Positions 8,529-17,743 of a stretch of 53,972 bases of DNA are shown here, piece by piece (positions within the stretch are counted from its first letter, which is position 1; each line of letters opens with the position of its first letter). Origin of the DNA: an uncultured archaeon (GTDB taxonomy: Archaea > Iainarchaeota > Iainarchaeia > Iainarchaeales > 1-14-0-10-31-34); assembly GCA_964442255.1 (NCBI GenBank), contig CAYTYC010000008.1, positions 1 through 53,972 on the forward strand. The letters run 5' to 3'. Made by a program: the position numbers and the translations under genes. Under the pieces are notes generated by a model. It was given only the letters and a program-made list of their open reading frames with translations. It was not told where the DNA came from and did no database searches.

Positions 8529-10712
8529 ATGCCTGAAAACGAGAAAAAAGAATTGATTCTTAAGGTCCAGGACCCTGATCCAAGCCATGTGGGCAGGAAC
8601 ATTGTCACGCTTGACAGGGTTTCCAAGCAAGCGCTGGGGATTACTTCCGGCGACATAGTGGAAATTGAGGGAAGCAAGAAAACCGCCGCAATAATCTGGC
8701 CCGCCCGCCAGGAGGATGAAGGAAGGGGAATTGTGCGGATGGACAACCTCATAAGGCACAATGCGGGGGTGAGTTTGGGCGAAAAGGTTAAGGTAAGGAG
8801 GGCCGACTACAAGGAGGCAAAAAAGGTTGTCCTCGCGCCCACACAGGAAGTGAGAATAATTGCTTCAGGCTATGACCGCATACTCAAAAAAACGTTCATT
8901 GGAAGGCCGATTACCAAAGGCGACAACGTGTGGATTTCGGTTTTCGGCTCCGGGTTCATTTACTCGGTGGTTGACACAAACCCCCGGGGAACTGTGAAGG
9001 TCACGGACTTCACGCAATTCGTTTTAAGGGAAGAGCCGGTTAAGGAGGCAGTTGAAGCGATAGGCAGGATAGCCTACGAGGACATCGGCGGATTGGATGA
9101 ACAAGTGCAAAAGGTAAGGGAAATGATTGAGCTCCCGATGCGCCACCCTGAACTATTCCGCAAGCTCGGAATAGACCCCCCAAAAGGGGTTCTCCTTTAT
9201 GGTCCCCCGGGAACTGGAAAAACCCTTTTGGCCAAAGCCGTCGCAAACGAAACCGCGGCGCACTTCATTTCAGTTAACGCCCCCGCAATAATGAGCAAGT
9301 TTGTCGGGGAAGCGGAGGAACGAATTCGGCAAATGTTCAAGGAAGCCGAGGAAAACGCCCCAAGCATTATTTTCATCGACGAACTGGACGCAATCGCCCC
9401 CAAAAGGGAGGAAGTTATTGGGGAGGTTGAAAGAAGGGTTGTGGCGCAGCTGCTTTCATTGATGGACGGTTTGGAGGCAAGGGGAAACGTTATTGTAATC
9501 GCCGCAACAAACCGGTTAAATTCATTGGATGAGGCGTTGAGGCGCCCGGGAAGGTTTGACCGCGAGATAGAGATCGGGGTGCCGGACAAAAGGGGAAGAA
9601 AGGAAATCCTTTACATTCACACGAGGGGAATGCCCCTTGCAAAAGACGTTGACCTGGAAAAGTTTGCTTCAATCACCCATGGCTTTGTGGGCGCGGATTT
9701 GGCTGCGCTTGCAAAGGAATCCGCGATGAAAGCTTTGCGGAGGTATCTCCCAAAAATAAACCTTGAAGAGGACACAATTCCAACAGAGGTGCTGGAATCC
9801 CTGGAAGTAAACAAAAAAGATTTTCAGGAAGGATTAAAGGAAGTGCAGCCCTCTGCTTTAAGGGAAGTGATGGTTGAGGTTCCAACTATTAAGTGGGCGG
9901 ACATCGGCGGACTGGGGGAAGTGAAAGAGGAGTTGGCTCAGGCAATTGAATGGCCGTTAAGGAACCCGCAGGCATTCAGGAAAATGGGCATTACCCCTCC
10001 CCGCGGAGTTTTATTGTTTGGGCCTTCCGGAACAGGCAAAACCCTTTTGGCCAAGGCGGTTGCAACGGAAAGCGAAGCAAACTTCATTACAGTTAAAGGG
10101 CCGGAGCTTATAAGCAAATTCGTCGGGGAAAGCGAGAGGGGAATCAGAAAAGTTTTCAGGCGCGCAAGGCAGGTAAGCCCGGTTATTGTTTTTTTTGACG
10201 AAATTGATTCAATTGCTTCTTCACGCGGCGGAAGCCATGATTCCGGCGTAAGTGAAAGGGTTGTAAACCAGTTGTTAACTGAATTGGACGGAATAGAGGA
10301 AATGAAGGATGTCGTGTTTATCGCAGCCACAAACCGCCCTGATTTAATTGACCCAAGCCTGCTCCGCCCCGGAAGAATGGATAAGCTGATCAGGGTTTCT
10401 TCCCCTGATGAAAAAGCGCGGTTGGCGATTTTCAAGGTGCACACAAAAGGAGTTCCTCTTGAAAAAGGCGTTGATTTGGGGGAGTTGGCGAAAAAAACAG
10501 AAGGATTCAGCGGGGCAGACATTGAAGGCCTTGTAAGAGAGTCTGCGTTGATTGCGTTAAAGGAAAGCAAAATGAGGCCGCAGGCCGTGAGCAAAAAGCA
10601 CTTTGACGAGGCAATCAAAAAAATCTTTCCGTCAATCACAAAGGACACGGAGCAGGCATACGAGGAATTCCGGGAACAGTACTCTTCATTTAAACCGAGT
10701 TACGTGGGATAA
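8529..10712 (+). CDS. cdc48: CDC48/VAT AAA+ ATPase
   Basis: N-domain plus two AAA modules ([14 protein letters not shown] and [14 protein letters not shown]), RPGRFDR. Confidence 0.97.
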   Translation: MPENEKKELILKVQDPDPSHVGRNIVTLDRVSKQALGITSGDIVEIEGSKKTAAIIWPARQEDEGRGIVRMDNLIRHNAGVSLGEKVKVRRADYKEAKKVVLAPTQEVRIIASGYDRILKKTFIGRPITKGDNVWISVFGSGFIYSVVDTNPRGTVKVTDFTQFVLREEPVKEAVEAIGRIAYEDIGGLDEQVQKVREMIELPMRHPELFRKLGIDPPKGVLLYGPPGTGKTLLAKAVANETAAHFISVNAPAIMSKFVGEAEERIRQMFKEAEENAPSIIFIDELDAIAPKREEVIGEVERRVVAQLLSLMDGLEARGNVIVIAATNRLNSLDEALRRPGRFDREIEIGVPDKRGRKEILYIHTRGMPLAKDVDLEKFASITHGFVGADLAALAKESAMKALRRYLPKINLEEDTIPTEVLESLEVNKKDFQEGLKEVQPSALREVMVEVPTIKWADIGGLGEVKEELAQAIEWPLRNPQAFRKMGITPPRGVLLFGPSGTGKTLLAKAVATESEANFITVKGPELISKFVGESERGIRKVFRRARQVSPVIVFFDEIDSIASSRGGSHDSGVSERVVNQLLTELDGIEEMKDVVFIAATNRPDLIDPSLLRPGRMDKLIRVSSPDEKARLAIFKVHTKGVPLEKGVDLGELAKKTEGFSGADIEGLVRESALIALKESKMRPQAVSKKHFDEAIKKIFPSITKDTEQAYEEFREQYSSFKPSYVG

Positions 10713-10713
10713 A

Positions 10714-10743
10714 TTTATATATGCCTGTGTACACATATATGTG
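10714..10743 (+). promoter_or_regulatory. vapBC promoter/operator
   Basis: TTTATATA box followed by overlapping palindromes TGTGTACACA (10726-10735) and CACATATATGTG (10732-10743) just before the antitoxin ATG. Confidence 0.6.
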
Positions 10744-10744
10744 C

Positions 10745-10966
10745 ATGAGCACTAAGACACTTTCCATCAGGACAGAGGTCTATACTAAACTCCTCCACGC
10801 TAAGCATAGGGGGGAGAGTTTCTCAGATGTATTGGACAAACTCGTTTCAAGGAAAAAAAAGCTTAGTGATTCTTTTGGGAAATGGGCTGTTTCTAAGGGG
10901 GAGTGGGGCAAATCAAGAAAGGAACTAGATAAAATGTGGAAGCATTGGGGAAAGGACTTGGAATGA
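10745..10966 (+). CDS. vapB: VapB-family antitoxin (DUF217-like)
   Basis: MSTKTLSIRTEVYTKL...GESFSDVLDKL; ATGA overlap with the PIN toxin. Confidence 0.88.
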   Translation: MSTKTLSIRTEVYTKLLHAKHRGESFSDVLDKLVSRKKKLSDSFGKWAVSKGEWGKSRKELDKMWKHWGKDLE

Positions 10967-11349
10967 AGTGCTTTGACACTGATTTTTTGGTGTTTCTGTT
11001 GCGGGGGGATGAGGCAGTAAAGAGGCAAGTGAATGAATTAGACCAAGAGCATGCTTTATCCGTTTCGGCTATAACTGCTTTTGAATTACTTTATGGGGCA
11101 AAAAGGTCAGGCAGAGTGCAGGAAAATGTTAAGGAAGTGCTTAACCTGCTTAATGGGTTGGTTCTTCTCCCATTTGACTTGGAAGCTGCTGAAAAGGCAA
11201 GTTCCATTCAGGCAGCCCTTGCTTCAAAGGGGAAAATGGTGCCAATTAGTGATTTGTTTATTGCCGCAATTGCTGTTGCCAACGGCTGCGAACTTGTCAC
11301 GCTAAATAAGAAGCATTTTTCTGGCATCCCCGGGTTGAAGGCGGAGTAG
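10963..11349 (+). CDS. vapC: VapC PIN-domain toxin
   Basis: FDTDFLV, SAITAFELLYG, DLFIAAIA, LVTLNKKHF. Confidence 0.93.
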   Translation: MKCFDTDFLVFLLRGDEAVKRQVNELDQEHALSVSAITAFELLYGAKRSGRVQENVKEVLNLLNGLVLLPFDLEAAEKASSIQAALASKGKMVPISDLFIAAIAVANGCELVTLNKKHFSGIPGLKAE

Positions 11350-11478
11350 GCGCCCAACTTGTTCTTGGCTGCGGCATAAAAAGCAGCTATTTATGTGCCT
11401 GGCTTGGCTCTGCGGAATTCAGCTGCCTGGGATGGTTAAAAAACTTTTTGTTTTATTGGTTTGTAGGGGGGCAAGCAG

Positions 11479-11781
11479 GTGGGCTCAAGCGGTAAAGTTA
11501 TGCAACTAAGGGTCGGAATTAATGTAACCGGGCCTGAATATGTGTTGGGGGATTTGAGATTAAGCGCAGACTCCAAAGGGGGCCGCGTGTTTTATTCTCT
11601 CGGCCCTTCCTCAACGAGAATTCCTTCAGTTGTCTTATCAATATTTTCCCGTGTTTGGAATGGTTTGCCTGGAGAAATTAGCAGAACGGAAATAGATGAC
11701 AAGGCTGGGCTCAAAAAAAAGTCCATGCTAAATCGATATTTAAGGCGGCGCCTGCCAGCGCAAGCGGAGACGTGTTTGTGA
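11479..11781 (+). CDS. Hypothetical protein; possibly the N-terminal part of a gene frameshifted at A8
   Basis: GTG start after a GGGGGG SD-like run; no known motif. Confidence 0.4.
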   Translation: MGSSGKVMQLRVGINVTGPEYVLGDLRLSADSKGGRVFYSLGPSSTRIPSVVLSIFSRVWNGLPGEISRTEIDDKAGLKKKSMLNRYLRRRLPAQAETCL

Positions 11782-12044
11782 TAAATTTTAGTAAAATTCG
11801 GCTAGGGCACGAGGAATACTGGCAAGCATTCTATAAGTTGGGAGCTAGAGGGGCCCACCAGTTAATGGAGCTAAGAACCAGTAGTGGAAAAATTCATTAC
11901 ACGCCTACTTTGCACAGGCTATTCACTTTCGCGAGATCACGCGTTAGGCAGGATTTAAGGTCGCTTAATGAGCCAATGAGGCTTTCGAAGAAGGCTTTGG
12001 ATATGCGCCCTAAAGTTAGGGCTAAATTGAGAAGAGGCGTGTAA
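11772..12044 (+). CDS. Hypothetical protein with a basic tail; possibly the C-terminal part of the frameshifted gene
   Basis: Frame is open from 11700, across the A8 tract at 11713-11720. Confidence 0.4.
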   Translation: MFVINFSKIRLGHEEYWQAFYKLGARGAHQLMELRTSSGKIHYTPTLHRLFTFARSRVRQDLRSLNEPMRLSKKALDMRPKVRAKLRRGV

Positions 12045-12051
12045 ACGGGTT

Positions 12052-12720
12052 TTAAAGAACAAAGAAAACCATTGCGCCCGCAAACCCTATTGCGGCAAGC
12101 CAGGCGAAAACATTCCACGCGATTACCTTGCTTCCGTCCAGGGGCGGAATCGGGAGAAGGTTGAAGAACGCAAGGAAAAAATTTACGTAGGACCCTATAA
12201 ATGAAAGGATAAAAACAAAGTCAAAAAGGTTTGCTATCGAGGAAACAGCCAGAATCGGGTTAGGGCTTTGCTGCAAGGCGGAAAGGAATGATTCAGACAT
12301 CATTCCGGAGACGGCAACCAAAACAAACAAGACAAGGAAAAACAGCGCAACCCCTATGTTTGTCAAAGGCCCGGCGATTGAAATCAATCCGTTCTGCCTT
12401 CTTGAAAGATACTGCTTGTAAATGTACACCGCGCCGGGCGCAGCAAAAATGAATCCCAAAAAAGAAGAAAACAACGCAAGCATTAACCCAAAATTCCATG
12501 CCCTGAATTCCGCGTGTGCGCCAAAATGCCTTGAAACCTGCCTGTGCGCCAGTTCATGGAAAATAAAACCAGCCCCTACCGCAATAAGCGAAATCGCCAA
12601 GGCCATTCCGTAAACGAAAAAGTCTCCCGCAAACAATGCGCCCCGGGAAAGCACTATGGCAAAGGCTATCCCCAAAACAATCCATGAAAGCAGTATCTGG
12701 TTTCTTTCCCTTGCGTCCAT
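12052..12720 (-). CDS. Site-2 protease family (M50) membrane metalloprotease
   Basis: HELAH, ISIAGP and FNLLPIPPLDG motifs. Confidence 0.93.
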   Translation of the reverse strand: MDARERNQILLSWIVLGIAFAIVLSRGALFAGDFFVYGMALAISLIAVGAGFIFHELAHRQVSRHFGAHAEFRAWNFGLMLALFSSFLGFIFAAPGAVYIYKQYLSRRQNGLISIAGPLTNIGVALFFLVLFVLVAVSGMMSESFLSALQQSPNPILAVSSIANLFDFVFILSFIGSYVNFFLAFFNLLPIPPLDGSKVIAWNVFAWLAAIGFAGAMVFFVL

Positions 12721-12857
12721 TTATTTCACTTCCGGATAAAATATTGGAAGCCTTAAGCTTTAAAAACTTGGTAAAATGCCGGGATAAACAGGACAATTGT
12801 GTTTCGCTTTTCAACGAATGAAACCATTTAAATTCCCTCCCTTCCCGCAACTTAAAT

Positions 12858-13025
12858 ATGTTTTCCGAAAAGGCGCAGATTTCAATTGAAATGATAATTG
12901 TTTTGGCCGCGCTCGTGGCTTTGGGGTTGCTGCTTGTAACCCAGCTCCAGAAAACAGGCGCAAAAGGCGCAAAAGTTTTTGACCAAAAGGCGGACAAAAT
13001 CTTCGATAAAATAGGCGACATTTAG
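12858..13025 (+). CDS. Small pilin-like protein with class III signal peptide (55 aa; below the ORF-track cutoff)
   Basis: Hand translation MFSEKA|QISIEMIIVLAALVALGLLLVTQLQKTGAKGAKVFDQKADKIFDKIGDI*; KA|Q cleavage site, E at +5, hydrophobic helix. Confidence 0.85.
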   Translation: MFSEKAQISIEMIIVLAALVALGLLLVTQLQKTGAKGAKVFDQKADKIFDKIGDI

Positions 13026-13131
13026 AAACCCCTTCCGGGAATCCCGCCTGTTTCAATGGGCGAATGAATTGTTTCCGTCAGGCCGTTTACGGGAAAAAAA
13101 ATTCGGCGGGCTTTAACCCGCCGCAGTTTAG
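13022..13131. repeat. Palindromic repeat family A, copy 3
   Basis: TTAG at both ends, 106 bp apart; lies between the pilin stop codon and the AGGTGA SD of the next gene. Confidence 0.92.
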
Positions 13132-13139
13132 GTGAAAAG

Positions 13140-13556
13140 TTGCGCAAAGGACAGGTTTCCCTTGAATACCTTATCGTTCTCGCCGCGCTTTTAATGTTTC
13201 TTGCATTTTTTGTGCCCGTGCTGGAAAAGCTTCAGAACGCGGGATGGTTTGCCGCGGAAACCATGAAAGCAAAGGAATTCGGGCGGGAACTGGTTTCCGC
13301 AATAGAGGAAACCGCTATTTTGGGGGAGGGAACACAGAGAATTCTTGAAGTTAAGCCGTTAAGCAAATGGGAAATTGAAGCGAACCAAGAAGGGTTATGC
13401 GTAAGTCTGCATTCCGCTGAACTCAAAAAATCCAAGGAAATCTGCTTTGAATTGAATTACGCGGTGCAAATGAAAAAACTTTTTCCCCATCCGAAAAAAG
13501 AAAACCAATTATTGGTGCGGAAAGAAAAAGGGGCAATTTCAGTAAAACACCTTTAG
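13140..13556 (+). CDS. Class III signal peptide (pilin-like) protein
   Basis: MRKG|QVSLEYLIVLAALL; TTG start with AGGTGA SD. Confidence 0.85.
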   Translation: MRKGQVSLEYLIVLAALLMFLAFFVPVLEKLQNAGWFAAETMKAKEFGRELVSAIEETAILGEGTQRILEVKPLSKWEIEANQEGLCVSLHSAELKKSKEICFELNYAVQMKKLFPHPKKENQLLVRKEKGAISVKHL

Positions 13557-13889
13557 CCTGATTTCCTCCATTTTTCCGTTCCAGTCCAGCCTGAATCCGC
13601 GCGCAACAACTGCCCTTTTCTTTGAAGAGCTTTCCCGCAAAACAAGTTTTTTTCCCCCAATAAAGAGTTCCCCGCCCTGCAAAGGAAAAAACATCTGAAA
13701 ATCTTTAATCAACTCAGTTTCCTGCCACTCGTCTTCAGCAACCCACACCTTCAGCAGATCATCCGCCTTTTGCAGCACAACAACTGAATCGAATTCCGGG
13801 GTTTTCGGAAAAGAAAAAACGGAAACAAGAAAAACAACTGAAAGAAATCCCAGCGCGGCATCCAAAGAAAAACAAAACCCCTTACCCAC
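13539..13889 (-). CDS. Pilin-like protein, class III signal peptide-like
   Basis: GTG start coupled to the upstream stop; MGKG|FCFSLDAALGFL. Confidence 0.65.
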   Translation of the reverse strand: MGKGFCFSLDAALGFLSVVFLVSVFSFPKTPEFDSVVVLQKADDLLKVWVAEDEWQETELIKDFQMFFPLQGGELFIGGKKLVLRESSSKKRAVVARGFRLDWNGKMEEIRLKVFY

Positions 13890-14316
13890 AGAAAACCACC
13901 CTAAGCAGGCCCTTTGAAGGCGAAGGCGTTCCCTTAACAAGCACAAGCCTTTCCACGGAAAAACAGTTTCCTTCCGCCCCTTCATCCATTTCCTTGAACT
14001 CCTTTCCCCCAATGAAAATTGAAACCTTTTTCACCCCGAGCCCCGAAAGCTCCGCTGTTTTGAGTTTACCCAAATCCAGGAAATTGGCTTTCACCCTTTT
14101 CTTTTCCAAATCCATTTCACCGAGCCCAAAGCCTTCCCCGTTTTTCACCATTGAATCCGTTGCCATAAGCGCCTTTTCCCTGAGTTTCGCCATCCTCAAA
14201 GAATTTTCCTGTTCTTCAATTCCAGACCCAAAATGCCACAAAAAAAGAAACACCGTTGAAAAAATGATTATTCCCGCCCAAACCAAATCCAAACTCAAAA
14301 CAATCCCTTTTTCCAT
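13882..14316 (-). CDS. Pilin-like protein, class III signal peptide-like
   Basis: MEKG|IVLSLDLVWAGIIIF. Confidence 0.7.
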   Translation of the reverse strand: MEKGIVLSLDLVWAGIIIFSTVFLFLWHFGSGIEEQENSLRMAKLREKALMATDSMVKNGEGFGLGEMDLEKKRVKANFLDLGKLKTAELSGLGVKKVSIFIGGKEFKEMDEGAEGNCFSVERLVLVKGTPSPSKGLLRVVFCG

Positions 14317-14733
14317 TCACCCACCATAGTGCTCCGCGTTTTTTACAAGCAGTTTTTTCCCTTTTCCCGCCCCCTGCAAGGAGGGAACAAAGGTTTTCAC
14401 TTTCTTTCCCTTGACTTCCATTTCCCCCTCCTTTGCGGTGCAGGAAAAAACCCCTTTCACTTCCTCCGCGCTGTTCGCGTAAAGCCCCTCAACCGCGGAA
14501 ACGCATTCAATTGCATCGCTTTCCGCTTTAAGGCTTTCCCCCGCTTCCTTTGCATTTTCCTTGAATGCCGCCATTGGGGAAACAAGAAATGAAGTGAACA
14601 GCAGAAACCCAAGCAATGCGAAAAGCAGTTCCAGGGTTCCAAACCCTTTTTGCTCCGCAAAAAACCTGCTTTGGCTTAAACCCCTGCGGAAAAGCGTCAC
14701 AAAAAAAAACTTTCGGTTGAAACCTTTTTTCAC
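14317..14733 (-). CDS. Pilin-like protein, class III signal peptide-like
   Basis: QKG|FGTLELLFALLGFLLF after a long basic leader. Confidence 0.7.
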   Translation of the reverse strand: MKKGFNRKFFFVTLFRRGLSQSRFFAEQKGFGTLELLFALLGFLLFTSFLVSPMAAFKENAKEAGESLKAESDAIECVSAVEGLYANSAEEVKGVFSCTAKEGEMEVKGKKVKTFVPSLQGAGKGKKLLVKNAEHYGG

Positions 14734-15281
14734 GCCCCCACCACCAAAACCCTTGCGCTGTATCCCGCGGGAATGAGAAACTTTGTTGAATTTTTTTTTC
14801 CCAGGATTTCCGCGGAAATTGTTTCGCTTTTGCTTGCTCCCCCCGTGTAATTGAATTCGCCGAAATGAAAGTTTTTCAGGGAAACCACGTGAACCTTGGA
14901 GTTTTCCTTCAGCGCCTGGGAAACACTTTTTGGGAAAGGGTAGCCCAAAAACTCGACACCAAACCCGGTTTCAAACTCGTTGCCGTAGAATTCCTGCACT
15001 TCCTTCAGATAGCCTTCAATTTTTTTGTCAAGCAGTTTCTTGAGCTTATCCGGGTTCCGGTTGCCTGCCGCCATTTCCTTTCTCAAAGTTTTTTCCACCA
15101 GCAGGTCCAGATTTTCCTCCATAAGGCTCCGGGCAAGGTTTGCGTTCTCCATTTCCAGCAGAAGATTTCTGCTTTCAAGCATTCCTGACTTTGCGTCAAG
15201 CAATGATTTGGACAGCGCAAGGCTTGCGGAAAGAAAAAACAGCACAATCAACGCGCTTGAAAAACCCCGCATCCTGCCCAT
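14730..15281 (-). CDS. Pilin-like or secreted protein
   Basis: MRG|FSSALIVLFFLSASL; translationally coupled to the downstream genes. Confidence 0.65.
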   Translation of the reverse strand: MGRMRGFSSALIVLFFLSASLALSKSLLDAKSGMLESRNLLLEMENANLARSLMEENLDLLVEKTLRKEMAAGNRNPDKLKKLLDKKIEGYLKEVQEFYGNEFETGFGVEFLGYPFPKSVSQALKENSKVHVVSLKNFHFGEFNYTGGASKSETISAEILGKKNSTKFLIPAGYSARVLVVGA

Positions 15282-15348
15282 GAAAGGAACTGAAAAGGGT
15301 TTTTTTTAAAAGCAGTTTCAATCGTCAATAGCCTAAAATTATCCCGCG

Positions 15349-15461
15349 TTAGAAACCCCTTCCGGGAACCCCGCCCATTTTAATGCGCGGATGAATCGGG
15401 GTTTTTGCAGGCCGTTTACGGGAAAAAAAAACCCAGGGGGCTTTAACCCGCCGTAGTTTAG
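15349..15461. repeat. Palindromic repeat family A, copy 4
   Basis: TTAG at 15349-15352 and 15458-15461. Confidence 0.92.
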
Positions 15462-15540
15462 GCGGTTTAATGCCCCGCCCCTGAAGGCGATTGTTTAACA
15501 ACCCAAAGAAATCCGCTGCATTCAGGCAGGGGAGCAGTCA
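15462..15540. mobile_element. Miniature IS200/IS605-like element (family C)
   Basis: GCCCCGCCCTGAAGGCG (left-end-like) then GAAATCCGCTGCATTCAGGCAGGGGAGCAGTCA (right-end-like); related to 6475 and 51099. Confidence 0.6.
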
Positions 15541-16464
15541 TTTTACCCTGATTTTTCCAGTTCTCCCGAGCATGAATCCGGCTGCCAGAGAAAAAAACAC
15601 CGCGGAAGAAAGCAAAGCGGTTGCGCCCCAAAAAGGGAATTTTCCGGATTCACCTTTTCCTTCTGAATCCCGCATTCCCGAGTAAAGCGGTATTCTTTCC
15701 CTTTTTGTTTCAAGCGTTGTTTCGCCTTGCCCGCCTGAACCTGTTTCCATGTTTTTCCGCAGTTCCCTGCCCGTGTCACCTGTTTCTTCCTTAAATTCCG
15801 ATGAAGAGTTTGCGTCTTCAGTTTCCATGCAGTTTTCATCCCCTGTTCCTTCAGAGCGGTTTGCGTCAGAGGTTTTCATTCCGGAACCGGCGCTTCCGCA
15901 GGGAGGCATTCCGCCGCCATCCGTTCCGCCTGAACCGGTTTCCGGCTCCTTTTCTGTCTCTCCGTCCGCGGGCCCCGCATCAGGCGGGGTTTCATCCAAA
16001 GGCGTTGCCTCTGAAGGCACTTCATCAGGTGTTTTTTCCATGGCTTCCCCTGCTGTTGGCGCAACACCGAATTCGCTTAACGGAAGCATCTCGCCAGCGG
16101 ATGCGGGGGTCTGTGAAGGGGCGATTCCCCCGAAAAACCCGGCAAACAACGCGATTACCGCGATTAACGCTATTCCGCTTGATGCCACGAGCACAAGAAT
16201 GTTTGTTGTGTCCGGTTCAAGCAAATTTTTTCCCTTCCGTGTAAGCGAATAATATTTCCATTTCCTTCCCTCGTCCCTTAATTCAATCAAATCCGATTCC
16301 ACGAGCATCTCCAGGTGCTGCTTGATTGTCGGGGAACTTAACTTCAGCTTTTTCGAGATTTCCGTGAGGGTGTGGTTCCTTTCCTTCAACAGCTTTATTA
16401 TTTGCACCCTTTTGTCTGAGCTCAGTGCCCGGAACTCGTTTGTTGAAAGCGTCACTTCAGCCAT
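15538..16464 (-). CDS. Membrane-anchored ArsR-family HTH regulator with an acidic low-complexity linker
   Basis: FRALSSDKRVQIIKLL...TLTEISKKLKLSSPTIKQHLEML...GRKWKYYSLT, then a TM segment, an E/T/G/P-rich stretch and a second TM segment. Confidence 0.88.
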   Translation of the reverse strand: MAEVTLSTNEFRALSSDKRVQIIKLLKERNHTLTEISKKLKLSSPTIKQHLEMLVESDLIELRDEGRKWKYYSLTRKGKNLLEPDTTNILVLVASSGIALIAVIALFAGFFGGIAPSQTPASAGEMLPLSEFGVAPTAGEAMEKTPDEVPSEATPLDETPPDAGPADGETEKEPETGSGGTDGGGMPPCGSAGSGMKTSDANRSEGTGDENCMETEDANSSSEFKEETGDTGRELRKNMETGSGGQGETTLETKRERIPLYSGMRDSEGKGESGKFPFWGATALLSSAVFFSLAAGFMLGRTGKIRVK

Positions 16465-16475
16465 TTAAAACACCT

Positions 16476-16715
16476 TTAAAGGAACACAACCAAAAGGAAT
16501 CCAACCAAAACAAATATTGAAAATGCCCGGCTGTAGTAAGCGAGAACCCCCGCCAAAAGGGGAAGAAGCAAAAAAAGCGGGTCCATTGAACCCAGCACGA
16601 GTCCAAAAACCGCTCCCAGGAAAAAAAGCAGGAAGATGAATGACACAAACCTCCGGATGGTGTCGGTTAGGTAATCCCCTAACTTTGAAAAAGCGGTGTC
16701 AACCTTGTTCATCAC
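16476..16715 (-). CDS. Small membrane protein
   Basis: 79 aa, mostly hydrophobic, just upstream of the ArsR gene. Confidence 0.7.
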   Translation of the reverse strand: MMNKVDTAFSKLGDYLTDTIRRFVSFIFLLFFLGAVFGLVLGSMDPLFLLLPLLAGVLAYYSRAFSIFVLVGFLLVVFL

Positions 16716-16822
16716 TAAAAATTCCCTGTGGAAGTGGTTTAAAAAAGCACTTATTTTCTTAGGTAAAATTTATATTGTTTAAAAACATATTATTGAGTGA
16801 CAGGGTTTTTGGTGCAAAAAAA

Positions 16823-17731
16823 ATGGCTGAACAGGGCTTAAACGCATTTCTTGCAAAGGGCTGGGAAACCTTTGGCTCAACGAAAGCCTATTTTTCCACT
16901 CTCCTGGAGCAGGTTATGCAGGGAGAACCCACCGCGATAGCGGTTTTTGGGGTAATTGCGCTGATAATTTTTGTTGTGCTGTTCAAGGTTTCTTCATGGG
17001 TTTACGGCTTAATCAAGCGCCTTTTTTTGCTGATAATAATCGCCTTCTCCTTTTACTTTTTCATGGCAAAATACGGAAACGCTTTGCTTGCCGAAGGCAC
17101 CGCAACTTCTGTGCTCATTGTGGGCGCGGTTGGGGCTCTTTTGGGGCTGATTGCGATAATAACCGTGATTTTGTCTTTCCACGGGCACTGGAGCAAGGGC
17201 GCGGAAGAATTGGCGAAAGAGGAAGAGGAAAGAAAAAAAGTCAGGGAAGGAATGAGCGTAATTGAAAAGGTGCGCTCCCAAATCCCGTTCACCCCGACAC
17301 AGGTGCAGCAGCCGGGGATGATGACAAAACAGGGCTACAGCAAACAGCCCGCTCCCTTCAATTTTTTTGACCACCTGAGGAACGACCGCAGCCTTCTCGC
17401 GGTTTTAAGCTATGTGGTTGTTGCGGAATTGGGTGTGTTCACGGCTGTAACCGTTTCGCCCCCCAATGTGCAAGTGGGCCTGACTTTTTTTGCCTTATTT
17501 CTGGTTGCGGCCTTCCTGTTCATCCGCGCAACCTACCACAATTACAAGCTTGCCGTGCTGCACTTAGGGGTTGCTTTGTCCTTTGCCATATTCCTTTCCA
17601 TTATTTTGGGGCACTTTTGGGCGGAAATCCCTTTTTCCGCTCTTTTTTCCCTTGACTACTTTCAAACAAATTCTGTTGTTGCGGTCATAACCGGGATAGC
17701 GGTTTCACTTTTCATGGGAAGCAAAAACTGA
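16823..17731 (+). CDS. Hypothetical multi-pass membrane protein
   Basis: About 7 TM segments; ATG at 16823 (MAEQG). Confidence 0.75.
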   Translation: MAEQGLNAFLAKGWETFGSTKAYFSTLLEQVMQGEPTAIAVFGVIALIIFVVLFKVSSWVYGLIKRLFLLIIIAFSFYFFMAKYGNALLAEGTATSVLIVGAVGALLGLIAIITVILSFHGHWSKGAEELAKEEEERKKVREGMSVIEKVRSQIPFTPTQVQQPGMMTKQGYSKQPAPFNFFDHLRNDRSLLAVLSYVVVAELGVFTAVTVSPPNVQVGLTFFALFLVAAFLFIRATYHNYKLAVLHLGVALSFAIFLSIILGHFWAEIPFSALFSLDYFQTNSVVAVITGIAVSLFMGSKN

Positions 17732-17743
17732 GGGTGAAGAAAA

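Noticed and set aside
9938..10648. Long antisense ORFs (e.g. 2584-3255, 9938-10648, 23695-24312, 48373-49020, 53094-53861)
   Set aside because: They shadow well-supported genes on the opposite strand and have no motifs.
2236..15461. Family A repeats as integron attC sites
   Set aside because: No RYYYAAC...GTTRRRY pair, no cassette-like spacing, no integron integrase, and one copy lies inside a CDS.
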